49,662 bases of DNA from positions 1 through 49,662 of the forward strand of contig MQRK01250363.1 in the NCBI GenBank assembly GCA_001938485.1, read 5' to 3'. The stretch comes from Girardia tigrina. Lineage: Eukaryota. Positions 23,663-37,409 of this stretch are shown in pieces (position 1 is the stretch's first letter; every line of letters begins with the position of its first letter). Made by a program: the position numbers and the translations under genes. Under the pieces are notes generated by a model. That model was not told the origin of the DNA. It ran no database searches and worked only from the letters and a program-made list of their open reading frames with translations.

Positions 23663-26451
23663 ATTTTCTTCAGAATATACTATTTTGAGGGTAGGTTTGT
23701 AACAATATACATTTGTAATAGGTTGTAATTGTGGTAGCACGTTTAACGACTAATTTAAGTACTTTAATCAAGAAAACTATCTGATTGATCCGATAAACCG
23801 AAAAGAGATCAATCAAAAAGTTTTCTTCTTTTTATTTTTTTTATTTCAGGACAAGAATGAATATTATTACTTTTTAATTATTTATTTACAAATTTAACAA
23901 CAAAGCTCAAACCTTCAATAAGATTCTCTTTAAAATAATTCAACTTTTTAAATACTAAAAAAAATATATCGATACCACTAAGATGGATCTTCGCACTGTA
24001 AATGATTCTATTCAGATATATTCTTGGACTTTGGTCAATAGCAACTTCTCTTGGTCAAATAAATAATCGTAATTAAAAGTCAAATAAAAGAATGGAATAA
24101 AATGGAGGGGTTTCTATCATCTTGTCTATATATTAACATAGGCTGAATGAAATGTTATCGCTATATTAGGTTAGACATTGAGTGACGTATCCACAGATTT
24201 TGTACGTATAAATATACATACAGCTGTGTCAGTGGAGTAGGATGGTTGTCAGACAGTAGCAGTGTAAGTATATATAACACACATACACACACATGAGTGT
24301 GCGTGACGCACTCTTGTTGGTTAATGAAATGGCAGTCAAACGGGACGGTTGGCCATTTTAGTCAAAGGTGGTAAACTATAGCAAAATATTTCATTTTAGA
24401 ATGGGTACGCATTGCGCATTTACACATATGTTACTGTTTTCAATCAATTGCACATATTGTTTTGACCTATAGTCACTCATATATTTATTTATATAAAATT
24501 TAAATATGTATATATAAATATTGAATTGATTGTTTTAAAAAAATCAATTCCATTAGTTTTTACTTTGCTATCAAGAATTAGAATTTTTATATTAATTATT
24601 AAAATAATATCCACTGGACTACAATTTTTTTTCTCGATTTCGCATTCAAAAAAAACGAAAATCAACCCCAACAAAAATAATCACTTGAACGAATTCCTCT
24701 TGGAACTCGATGAACACAATCCTTAATTGGATATCTATATTCTAAAAACCACAAAACACTTCTATTTGTTTTTTGGCAAAACCGAACACAATAACGAATA
24801 TACTTGTGAAATTATCCACAACATCCTCAATCGTCACTCAAACATCAACAAATTTCTCGTTATAAGCGTTCCAGATTTGACAAAGAATCTCATCAGATAA
24901 ACGAATATATTTTTTCACCATTCTCCCTTCCATTATACTAATAATGACTGATATATTAATCGACTACGGGGCAACGTAATTTATTATTTGGTAACAATAT
25001 CTTGAACCTTCTCTCGTGATTGATATTCTATTATCCTCTCCTCTTTCTGTTAGTTTGTTTTTAAATTAATACAATTTTTAATAACAATTAATTGATTATC
25101 TTTATTTATTGTTAAATGTGGTTTTACTACATAAGTTTATTTTTTAGTAAAAATACTTTTACACATATCAAGTGAATCAGTAATGTAAGAGAACCAAGAT
25201 CTTCTATTAGACTATTTAAATGTAGCTTATTGGCTGGTTACAGAGGAAATACAGATTGAGAATCGAGCAAGAATTTCTTTTAGTGAGTTGTTGATGGAAT
25301 TCCGTCGCAACCAAGTCGATTTGTTTTTTTTTGTTTTAGATTGATTCATATTAGAAAAGATTCTAATTAATTTTATCACTTAGAATTGATCAACTGAACA
25401 ATTGTTTGTTAATTTTTCTTTTAACCTTACTATTGAAGATTAAATTATGTAAAAAAAATGTTTGATAAAATGTATGAGAATGTTTGTTTTTAACTGTGTT
25501 AGATTGTTTAAATGAAGAAAAGAAAAGGTGCGATATCTCAGAATAAATGATATATAGAAAAATATATAATGAAATATATTGATATAAAATGGAATTAAAT
25601 TTTTATTTAATGATGTCGAAAATGAATAAATTAATGAAACGAAATTTGGGTGGAGATTGTTGTTATGTGAACTCGAACCATCTAAGTGTGAGTGATGGAT
25701 TTCGCATCACGCCGAATTCCTCTCACATCTGTTCATGCAATCGTTGAATAAATGATCAGTTGATGTGATGTACTTGGCCAGGGCAATACTTGTATTTTGA
25801 GGAATTACAGAGCCCATCGAACTCGGTATACGGCGGTCGTTCATGCATTTCTGGCAGAGATGATCGTGATTGGTATCGTAAAGAAAGAATAACGGTCCTC
25901 TTAAGGACCACAATTGATGATTGGGCGTTATCCAGAGATGAGTTGGAAAGGCGGTGTCGCGGTGCAAAGTTGCGGCGGGNGGAGTCTGAGCGCTTTCACT
26001 CGCTGGGGGTTAGAAATGATAAAATTTATCTCGGAACAAATTCGGCATTTCTGGGGATAGGGCGCTTGTAACCTCGCTACGAAGATCGTTGAACGATCAA
26101 ATACCGCATACCACAAAGTATGATAGACTGTTGGATCTGTGCACTGAGCTAGATGGTAGTGGGCGCATGAAACAATGGAAGGAGCTCCGTCCTAAAAATG
26201 CTACCTACATGTCCCACAACATTCCTTGTGCGCTTCTTGCAGCTTTCAAAGAACATATGCAATCCTTTTTAAAAAACCAACTGAAACCATTCAATATTGG
26301 TGTGCCAGATCTGCCTGTCATGGCTGATGAGGCGACTAATCTGCGAGGAAGAACTACACTGTCAGTTTGTCTTCGTTATCTTGACCTTAATGGTGAGCCC
26401 AAAGAAATCTTTACAAGTTTGTAGGAGTTGGAAAATACAAAGGCAACTATA

Positions 26452-27469
26452 TGTTACGACGCGAATATACACCACTTACAAGCACCCCTCTCCCTGTCGA
26501 CATCCCGCACGAACCAAAGCATTTTGGAAATTGTGGGGATAATCGAACTCGACTATCCCCGTTAGTTTTAAGTAGGCTTCGAGTGCGCATAGGATGAGGG
26601 ACAGGAGGAGAAGATTCCCTTGATTATGCTCCGTTTTGATTCAGTTGAAGACAATCCCCAGAAGGCCCTGTGGAAACCTTTAAAAGATAAAGAAAAGTTA
26701 ATTAAAAACCTTGATTAATTAAAAAATTACTAGAATGATTCAACATGAATCATATCTGCTGATTTTTCGAACGAACCGACGACATCTATCAAGGAAATGT
26801 TAATCTACAATGAACATAGCATAGACATAAAGTACCTGTAATCACTGGCGGCTATATTCACCAACAAATAGCTTCATAAACAACGTCAGCGACATCCTGT
26901 AGATAACTCCAGTAATTGACAATTGCGAATTCCGGTTGTGAGGCACGAACGAAACGAACAAACTGAAATAAGATAAATAATAATCGACATAAACAATCAT
27001 TCGCTACTTACCTACATAAAGGAAATCGTGATACATAATTATTACGATTGCAGTACGAATGATCGCAATCATTCCCCCCTCTTCCTCCTCTTATCCTTAG
27101 ATAATTCGAAATTTGAAGGATACATACAGCGATATCTGAGTGTGTCGGGTGATACATGTACCCAATCGGGTATAAATAATCGGCATATTTTGCACACGAC
27201 GACATTATTATTGGACGCACAAATTTTGGACACAAAACCAAAGTGCACAATTTTATCAGCATTTATTGCTTATTTTACATTTATTAATTTTACATTCTGT
27301 CATTCAGTTTTAACGACCATCTGTTATTTGTAACTTCTAATAATCTTGATTTTAAACGGATCAGTATCAGAACGAACTGAAGTAAATTTTGTGTTTGTAA
27401 TAATCTGTTTTACGTTACTCAATATATCTTAATAATTATTATTTTCGATAATAATTTCATAAGATGCTA

Positions 27470-27500
<31 letters not shown>

Positions 27501-27505
27501 CTTAA

Positions 27506-27548
<43 letters not shown>

Positions 27549-29614
27549 CATTTAATGGCTCTATAGTCGATTAATTTACTTTCATAATTAATTTATTTTA
27601 ATTATGTGTTAGTCTTTAGTAATCCGTTTATGTTATTCAATATATCTTACTTATAATAATTTTTGTTTTCGTTTATATGTCATTTAATGATTCTCTAGTT
27701 GATTAATTTATTTATGAGAGTTCCCTTTGTGAGCGTTGTTCTCGTTAGTAAATTCTAAACTATGATGATTAGAGAAGAGCATCTTAGGGTTATCACGGAG
27801 GCCCGTATGAGTCGCGACACTGTAGGTCAGTATAATAATAGGAGAGTGGTAATTAGTCTCTGTGACGGCATGAAAGAAAGTGAAGTGGGAATTTTGAGGG
27901 GGTACGAAACGTAGGGGTCGGAGTGCCTATGTAAATATTTGTACATAGTTTATGGTAGATGATTGAGGAAATTAGTAAACCTCTTATAAAATAAGTAAAT
28001 GGATTGCGTTAATAAAGGAGTCTGATAATAATAACGATCTTAATTGTTTCGTTTTATCCCTTGATTATTATTTTGTTTTCATGGGAATAAAATTTGTTTG
28101 AGTAATTTTTACTCTATTTTAATTAATTTCTTTTATTGAATTTCTTTATTAAATTTCTTTTAATATATTTCTCTATTTATTTCTGAATGAATTTGTAAAT
28201 AATATTTTTAGTTTTATGAGGTAATTAATTAAGAGCTGAATAATTTTATATTCCGAGCAAAATTTATTTTATTTCGGTAAATTTTATAATTTTCCAATTC
28301 GAGGCGTTTGACTTTCGTGTATTTCGTACTGAGGAAAATGAGAAAGGAAGAGTGAACTACAGGGTATTAGCTTCGTAGATTCCGTAAAGACAAGAGTTTT
28401 CAAGCAAGTGACGTCCATCGAGTTGGGTGATAAAATGGCATGAGCCATAATATCGGAAGTACAAGGTTAAAGTCGAAGGGAAAGCATGTGGGAGGGTAGT
28501 TTGATTATGCGATTTCGAAAAATATTCAATTGAAATTTTACCTTATAAATTTTATCCAACCGATTATTGTACAAATTATTCATAATTTTCACGAATTGTT
28601 ATAAAACATTCCCCGAATCTTATTATGAATAAATGTTCACTCTATAATTATCTTATTGATAATTTTGAAGTGTTGATATTGTATTTGATGTCTTTCTCTT
28701 AACACATTGCGGATATTTACTATTATTTTGTTTTGTTTTTGTTGGCAACGCTCTTGAGAAATTCATTGCATTTATGGAGTAACAGTTTATTTAAGTTTCT
28801 TATGGGAACATGTACATACCGCTACCACCTGAGCCAGGCCGTTATTACTTTCTATCCTTATTATTTGACCTTATTTGTTTCCGATAAGTTCAAATCGAAA
28901 GGATAAATCGATACGTAGGAGTGAATTCATTCAAGAGGGAAGTTGTTACTCTAACTTTGTATTATCTCGTTTTAAATTTGGGAACCACGTTCCGCTTTTC
29001 CCACGAATAATTCATGTTAAATGGAGAGACTGTGGAGGAGTAAGAGTATGAAACGGGTCAAGTGACTAAATCAATTAAAATTAATGTTCAGACAAATAAA
29101 TGATAAATAAAGAGGTGTGAATTGTTTGGTTCGAATAAGGTAAATGTAAAGCCAGTAGTTAAATGAAATCAGCTGGATTGTTCTTTAGATTTATCGATTT
29201 ACTCATTCCTAAAGATATAAGTGAGTACGTTGAAACATAAAATACCAACAATAGTTTATTTGAGTGCGGCGAAGAACCTTTTGGAGATAACGCAGGTCGA
29301 CCACAGTATGCATAGGGGCACTTGGTCCAATCGTTGCTTATTTCTTTGAGGCTCTCTTCGTTCGAGATAATTAAAACTAAATTCCTTAAATAACCATGAA
29401 AAATAATATCGACCTCTCGGGCGCTGAGGCCACCCGTTACTGCTTAGAACCCGAAGGCGCTCCGAAGCACACACACAACGCGTCTGAAACCCTATATATG
29501 AGCAAATATCAATAGGAAGAGATGTAGAGTATATATCGAAGTTGCTGTTGAACTCTAAAAACGGATGGGGGCTCTGAGTCCACTAAAATATTGTCGAAAG
29601 AGATGAACACGACA
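26452..29614 (+). mobile_element. Solo LTR C (3.16 kb), TSD TATA
   Basis: TGTTACGAC...GAACACGACA flanked by TATA/TATA; the hAT frame resumes after it. CCAAT and TATAAATA at 27162-27178; no retroelement ORF inside. Confidence 0.85.
27474..27545. repeat. Two (TA)n tracts inside LTR C
   Basis: Directly visible. Confidence 0.9.
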
Positions 29615-30605
29615 TATAATAAAATATTGAAATCCAATGCTAGCAAAATAGAACACAATCACAAATGATCCAATACCACACTAAAGATGCAGTCTACATC
29701 CAATGTGTGTCTTTGCATCACATAATTACATGGACATAAAGAAAATGATCTCTGTTCTTAATAGTCTTTGGCGGCTACTTTATAACAGTCCCAAAAACTA
29801 TCGTAAATTCAAGGCTTACATGAGATCCTAGATGGCCCCCAAGTGGAACTCATACGAGCAGGAGACACAAGATGGACATTACACTATCAATGTGTTTCAG
29901 GGGCCACCAAATGCCTACATTCTATCATAATTAATTTGCAAGATAATTCATGAGAAAAGCGGTAATTTATCCTCAGAGGTTGGTGGCTTTCTACTGACAT
30001 TTCAAACTTGCAAATAATTTTATTTCTACATGACCTAAAAAGAATTATTCAGTATCTCAATCTTGGCAAAGCAGCTTCAAACTGCGACAGCTACCCTTGC
30101 CATTATGCAGGAGATTGTTGCTAGTGTACATTTAACTCTGACAGAAATAAGAGATAAACCACTTTAATAATAGGATGTCACTCTCTTCCTTCAATCGCAT
30201 TCATTAGCACTTGTTAAAGACAACAATGCAAAGGAAGACAAATTACGCACCAAAGTGATTAATCCATTTTTTGAATGTTTACTTGACAGCATGTATACCA
30301 GATTTTCGGATAATGTGATGACCATGTGCACACCTACATCTATCTTTGATCCATGCCAAAATTCTACAGATGTTCCAAATTCTCATGCTCAATTGCGTAC
30401 AATTTGCAAGAGTCACCCATTCCTTGAAAATATTGTTGTGGATGTGATTGAAGAGTTTAACGTATACCAAAATCCCATAGCCATTCTCCGAATGAAAGAA
30501 AACGTGCCATCCTCTAGTGAAGTTCTTCGCTCTCTTGTCAACACGAGCGGGGTACTAAGCAAGACCTTTCCAAATCTTTCAATATTAGCTTCTATTATTC
30601 TCATG

Positions 30606-33482
30606 TGTTGCGGTCCGAAATGCATTAACCCCTTAGACAAAAACATTGAATAAAAAATAAATCAAAGAAAGATAACGACAGACAATAATGTGCAATACAT
30701 ATATTTGAGCGCATAACAATTTGTTCCACACTGCTGGAGTCCATTGCAGCCCTGAGAAGTGACGTTGGAATCTTTCGAAGGCTAAGATAGCTGCATTAAT
30801 GAGAGAAAAACAAGAAGTTACGTTAAAGCTTACCCACTGATCGAAAGTAAACAGCTGACCCTCTCCGGGGAGGTCTTCGCACTCCGAGTCCGAATTTTCT
30901 ATCCACAAACCGATGGCGACTTCCCGAGTAGAGATATAGCCCTATGAAGAATTAGAAATTAATTAATGAAAACAAAGCTTAATTAAAAAACTTACCCTGA
31001 GTCAACTGCAACTCCAAGAATAGTAACCAGCTGACAATTTCAACCGAGTCATCGGTGACGCACCCGCACACAAGCTCGAAGAACTTTGGGGTGTGCAGTG
31101 ACACACCGACAAGAAATCTAGAATAAAATAAAAATTTTCAAAACTTCAAAAAATATTTTGAAACACACTTACCCGAATCGACCAATCCGCTTACGAGAAA
31201 ATTCCAGACACTTGTTTGGTATAAGTTGATTGGCCAAGAAGGACCGACAGGGTTGTATCACCTTAATATAAAAGAAGATCATTTTACGACACTAATTGAA
31301 CAATATTTAGAACATTTTTGAATTACCATTTTGAACAACTATTACTGCCGTTACGTTTGGAGAAGACAACGAAACGACAAGAAATAACACGAAGACAAAA
31401 GAAATCCAACTAAACGACGCGCAGCCGAGGATATCCGAGCGAGAGTTCAACGCAAGAATCGACGAGAAAAAACGAGTGCTTTGACCGAACGATGCATCGA
31501 CACGCGAAAATTAGTCAACAATTGCCGATACATTATTCAATCGACCTCCGGATACCATTATCGCTGTAAATTTAATTTATATTTGCATAATTCTATAAAG
31601 TTGTATTGACGAAAGTTTCATCGAACTTATTACTGATTAAAATAAATGTATGAAGGTGTACTAATGCGTTATATTTTATTTTATTAACAAACCGATTCCT
31701 CACTTCTTTATACCTTTTTGGTAGAATAAACCCGTCGTCCCCATTATGACATTGTAGACCAACTTATCGAACATTTGGAGAATACTTTTGGAATCTTCCA
31801 CGAACCCGAGGTGGACGAGAATAATAATGTCCTTCGAGACGAATTACAATTAGTTATTATTGATGTAAGGTCAATAACGCTGAGCGAAATGCTCGAGTCA
31901 AGCGAGTATTACGGTCCAATCACGCAGGGCGAAAATCGATGACCGAAATTGTTACCGAACGAATAAAATATGATTTTGTGAATACGAGTTTTATTTTCAT
32001 TTCTAGTACCTTAAAGTTTATTTAGTTTATAAGTCTATCCTAGTTTTAGTTTCGTTTAAAGTTTAGCCTAAAGTTTAGTTTAAAGTTTGTTCAAGATTGA
32101 ATTAGCGAATTTTAATGTTAGAATCGAATGTATTGAGTGATGAATAATAAATGAAATTAGAAAATTACTTCCATCCGAGACGCCATCGGGATCATGTAGA
32201 ATAGTTTCTTTTGGTGATTGAGGCGAAATCCGACTAAGATTATTCTAAAACGTTATTGTTAGATTATTGTTCGAAACCAACATTCAATGTTGTTAGCGGA
32301 ATTGAAACGATTAAACAAAAGGAATTGTGATTTACTTGATAACTTGATTATAGGGTTTATTTATTTATTTGATAATTTAATTTTATAATCGATTTAGTTG
32401 TTTTATGGTTTATGTAATAACTTAATTTTATAATTGATTTAGTTGTTTCATGGTTTATAACTTCATTTTATTATTGATTTAGTGGTTTATTTATTAACTT
32501 AGTTTGATCCACGAATTTAAAAATCAACTCAAGAATTATATGATGTAGAGAATATAACATAGAATTAGTCTAACCAAAGTATGAAATTAATCTGTTGAAA
32601 ATAAAACGATTTTAATAATAGAAGTACATGAAATTAGATAATAATAAAACGAAAATCTTTCTAGATCGATTTACATATGTTTTCACTGTTACGAAAGGTT
32701 ACAAACTCGTAAAAGTGGTTTGATTGATATTTCTATCAAAAAAATTATGAAATATTTCAATATTGAAGTTGGAAAAATTTAAAATTGTTTGCAAAACTAT
32801 TTACTAATTTAATTCTAAATTTTACGAAGTTAAATCTAAAATCTGAGTATTCGAAAATCAATCTATTAACAGTGTTAAGAACATTTTAGAGGAATTAATT
32901 GAATAGTGATTGATCGAATTAGCAAATCAATTACGAGTCTCTTGATGAAATAGACCTGCTGGTATTAATGTAAATATAATTGACGCTCACATAACTGATA
33001 TAATGTAAACATGACCGACGAGGCACGAATGAGATAGGCATAATTTCCGAACGATAAAATCACCATACCTAGGAGAGTAAAGGGCTGATTGTCGATATAC
33101 TGCTTAGGTGAATAAATCAATACACAGTGCCGTAAGTCACAGAAACGACACAACAATGCCGCAATTTCACTAAAACACACACTACAATGCAACAAGTTTT
33201 ACAACACATAAAGATGATGATTCTGAGTACAATACATAGATCATCCCCGAGCGACACTTTGCTAGGTGGGGGGCCCATAACTCATCCCATCTTTATTCGA
33301 ACCCGCAGGCCCTTCGGACTCGGCACTGCTAGTCAGATGTCAAGCGAGAAGAGGCGTCCGATCCGTTAAATAGATAAGTGTAAATAAACCTCATAAATTG
33401 ATGTTGGGTTGTGATGGAGCCTTAACAATCACTGGGGGCTCAGGAGTCAACAGAAATGTTTTCACTCGGAAGGGTCGTGACA
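30606..33482 (+). mobile_element. Solo LTR D (2.88 kb), TSD CATG/CGTG
   Basis: TGTTGCGGTCC...GGGTCGTGACA imperfect inverted termini; interrupts the hATC domain, which resumes at 33483. TATAAAA at 31267. Homologous to unit F. Confidence 0.88.
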
Positions 33483-33796
33483 CGTGTCTTTTGGGTACGC
33501 CTACTATCGAGATATCCATTAGTACAATGAACCAAATCGAAACTCGACTTAGACAGTGACTCTCTCTCACAAATCTAGAAGCGTGTATGCTTCTAGTATT
33601 TCCTTCGAGGAAAAGGATACACTTTCTGATGAGGAAGCATGCGAATTTCTATGTATTTGGCATAGACAAAAGGAGAGACGAATTCGCATCTTTTTTATGG
33701 GTTAATGCTATATTATGCATTAGTTACTATTAAATCTTTTACCTTTGGTGTTTGTGTTGACTTGCTGATTGTATATCAAGGTTAACTATATAGTTG

Positions 33797-36700
33797 TGTC
33801 GTGTTCCCCTCTCTCAACAACATCTTCGTGGACTCTGAGCCCCCATCCATTTTTTGAGTTCAACGGTAACTCATATATGCTCCGAACTCCTCTCAATGGC
33901 TTATTGTTACTTAAGAGAACAGGTGCGCCTCCTCCGCGCACATCAACGAGTTGTGTGTGCTTCAGAGCGCCTTCTGGTTAGAACCGGTAACGAGTATTGC
34001 CCGACCGGTACCTTCAGTATCCGGCAGGGTTGATATTACTTTTACTTTAAACATTTCAGAACGTTAGTTTCAATTATATCAGACGAAGAGAGCTTCAAGG
34101 AGATAAACGTTGGTCAATCCGCGTGCCCCTCGCATTCTGCAGTCGGCCTGCGTCATCTCCAGAAAGTTCTTCCCCTCAATCCTCATTCAAGCAATAATAC
34201 TTTAGACACCTTTATGTAACATTATTTTTCAGATATTTTAACCTTTCCTCTTATTCTAATTTTCAAAACGTATTTTATATACTCACTCTATTTTTAAAAC
34301 GCCAAACGTTGTATGAGATAGATAATAGGAAAACTGTCCTCGAGAACTCTCAACGATTGTAATTATTGATCTACACTTCTCGTCGATCCCATGAATTAAC
34401 ATAATCAGTCAATTGGAAAATATTCGAAATTCCTAACGAACTCGATAATTTAAAATTTTTCAAATTTATAATTTTATATTCGTAATTTAGTAATCTCAAG
34501 TCAAAGATTCTCACATGCTATCCAAATCACCTAGGCTGATAGTGTGAGGCATAAATACCCAATCGACAGTTATTATTATTTCATATTTGTCACAGAACTT
34601 AAACACAAATGATGAAATAAAATTTAGTTAATTTTCGTTAGATAAATAAAATAACATTTATAATTGACGGAAAATTCTTGAAATGTACTTGATACTCATA
34701 ATTTTAATTTGGTTTGACTATATTTAAATAATAATTAAATTGATAATAATTTGGAAAGATCTTGTTCCTCTTCCTTTTAAACTGTAAATTCCACTTGTAT
34801 TATTTCATAGATACACAATTTTGTGCTTGACTTTTAATGATTTTGAAAAAAAAATTTTTAATTTAAGTTACATAAGAAAAAATGACTTTAGTATTTAGGA
34901 ATATCTGACTAAACACTTCTGCAATTTTAAAGAATTATTTTTTTCTGAGAAACTTCATTAATGATTCTTCTTATCTCTCCTTTTGGCGACATGGATCGAT
35001 AAGGTAGAAATTATAAACACGGTTCGGTAATAATAAATGATTAATTTAATGAACTAATTATTATTTCGATTGCATAAACTTGGTCATTTCCTACAGCACA
35101 TTTGTGAAATTCAGAAGATTCCATTTTATTTGAATGAGAATTTTAATATTACATACAGAAGACAATGATGGAACAATAAAATGATTATTATTATTTCATC
35201 AAGTATAATTTGTGGTGGCTATGATTTTAGTTCGACTTTAACTGTGACCAACGTATCTCGAATCCTACCCTTTTAACATCGAACAGATATACACGCCTAA
35301 CTCCTTTACTACTGTTTGCCGATCTTCTTTAACATTAACCTACACACACGCCTCGTTACTAAAACCTCTTACTACTTGAACTCACGTACTAAAATCACCC
35401 CTTATCGTGGATCGCCATAACGCAACACTTATTCTCTATCTGCAGACTTTAATTGCACCTGACTGCACCGTCCTTCCTCAACTACCAGACCTTCTCGACA
35501 TACCCACATCTTGAATGATCTTGTGCTCTCACACCCAAGTGTTGTTACAAGCAGTTGTCATTATAATCATCTCAAATAACCTAATATCTCTCTAAGAAGT
35601 TTAATCGAACATTATTACGAAAATTATTACCAATGATTAATTTTATTCAGATATTATTTATACTCAAATATTATTCGCAAATATATTATTATAATCAATT
35701 GTTACTGCTAATCCAATATTATTATAGTCAAATATTATCCACAATCAAAAGATTTTATAATTAAATCAAATGTTAGTTATGTACAAATGCTGTTCACAAT
35801 CGAATACTATTAAAATTAATCGTCGTTCAGGTTCACTCTGTACTATAATCAAAGATTATTATAATCAAAATTATCTATGGTTGAATATATCTATCTAAGG
35901 CTCAACAGTACTTTCCCCCAATTTCCACCCGGGTTACAGCGATGAATAATCGTTATTTACAATATTTACAAATGACATTACTCCTTTTACATCGCACTCG
36001 CTCTCGCTATTGTCGCTCTATCGTCGCCTATCTTAACTCTGCTGAGTCTCCTCAAGATCCTCCTGCATCCCAAAGAATGTTGATACTTCCCTTCATTAAT
36101 ATCCTGCCAAATCTTATTCTCGTCAAAAAATGAATAAATAAATAACATTAGATCAGCCATAAATATATTGGCTTTAAATATATTAGCTCTATCACAATAA
36201 TTACAGATAGACGTCAATATATGGGTAGTGCAATAGTATTCGGTGTAAAATATAAAATAACAATTATAAGATTAAATAGACATTAATAGATTGATAGTAA
36301 AATGGATAATAAAGAAAAACAATTATAAAATTAAATAGCTGGTACTTTTCGATTAGTAATGCTGTTCCGTTCCAAAATGAATTAGATCGAAATATCGTTC
36401 AAAATATGTATACAACCGTCACGATGAAAAGTGACGTGTAATCGCTGATGAAGTTAGTAAATTGGTAAAGTGGCGAAATCCAATAAAACATGGAAGATTG
36501 GTAAAAAATTTTTTGTAAGTCAGTTTGGGAGCTGAGAGTCATCGACATTTATACCGATTTTCTTACTGGGACTTTCGGGCATGTTTGCTGATTGGCGGTT
36601 GACTGTGCACCGATTATTACGAAAAAGGAAGTCGCGACTGTTGATTTCAAAGATGCCATTGCAAATTAACTGCAAGTCGTTTATCAGATGCAGAATGTCA

Positions 36701-37129
36701 TCCTGTGTGTGCTGCTTATTGATAAGCAGTTGTTTATCTTGCGGAATGGAAGATTTACTTATTTACTTATATTCTCGTCTGTAGGTCGGCCATCCACTGT
36801 CGTCTCGAATATGCTGCCGATTGTTTACCCAGCGGATCCTTATCTCGGGTGAATTATTTTGGCAAGTCAACTAATTAATTAAAATTCTTAATTAACTTTT
36901 TTATTTTTTAAGGGTTTTGAAAGGATCTTCTGAAGTTTGCCCAGCGGAGTGCCATTCAGGGAATCCTTCTCGTTATGTTCTCCATTTCCGCGCGCTCGGA
37001 GCCCATTTACAAACAACGGGGATAGTCGAGTTTAAATATCCTCACAAATTCTCAATAAGGATTCCGGGCGTGCGGGACGTTGGCATCGAGAAGCGTTTCT
37101 TTCAGGTCTCTCTCCTATCAGTCGTAACA
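33797..37129 (-). mobile_element. Solo LTR E (3.33 kb, inverted), TSD GTTG
   Basis: Minus-strand TGTTACGAC...GAACACGACA with a perfect GTTG duplication. 33797-34190 is the reverse-complement homolog of 29255-29614 (unit C). Minus-strand TATAAA at 36548-36553. Confidence 0.88.
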
Positions 37130-37409
37130 GTTGTAATACCAACACATGCAATCAATTAAAAAACAACTAAGTTCTAACAACCCCTAGAAAACGAGGTTCC
37201 CCCAAAAACTGTTAGGATGAAAGAAACACTGCGTCTTACTGATATCATTTCTGTTTTTTTGTGGTTTTGCTCGATAATGAAATGTCTCTTCTTCGTTATT
37301 TCGGAACGCAGGATCTAATAATTTATGCAAAACAACGAATAGTAACTAAACAACCTAGGCAATCTCTAATTGAAAGATGACTCCGAAATGGAAAAAAATA
37401 AATAAAATG

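Larger units (their letters stand above)
26089..33690 (+). pseudogene. hAT transposase (ZNF862/ZMYM-like) split into three pieces (26089-26451, 29615-30605, 33483-33690) by two solo LTRs
   Basis: IPHTTKY, VMADEATNLRGRTTLSVCLRYL; DAVYIQC, SPK, RAGDTRW; RFS, FDP, FPNLSILASIILM | C.LGTPTIEISISTMNQIETRLRQ*LS..NLEACM (hATC dimerisation domain). Confidence 0.85.

Noticed and set aside
24865-24905. Minus-strand CTGATGA-gatt...aatc-tggaac hammerhead-like motif
   Set aside because: Lacks the required GAAA directly after stem II, and there is no PLE context.
26535-26560. GAGTTCGA on the minus strand as a tRNA T-loop or Pol III B-box
   Set aside because: Other copies read GAGTTT/GAGTTA, and no cloverleaf or A-box can be built.
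33626-33690. CTGATGA plus inverted repeats atgcgaatt/aattcgcat
   Set aside because: Lies in the hAT C-terminal coding remnant (SDEEACEFLCIWHRQKERRIRI); no GAAA core.
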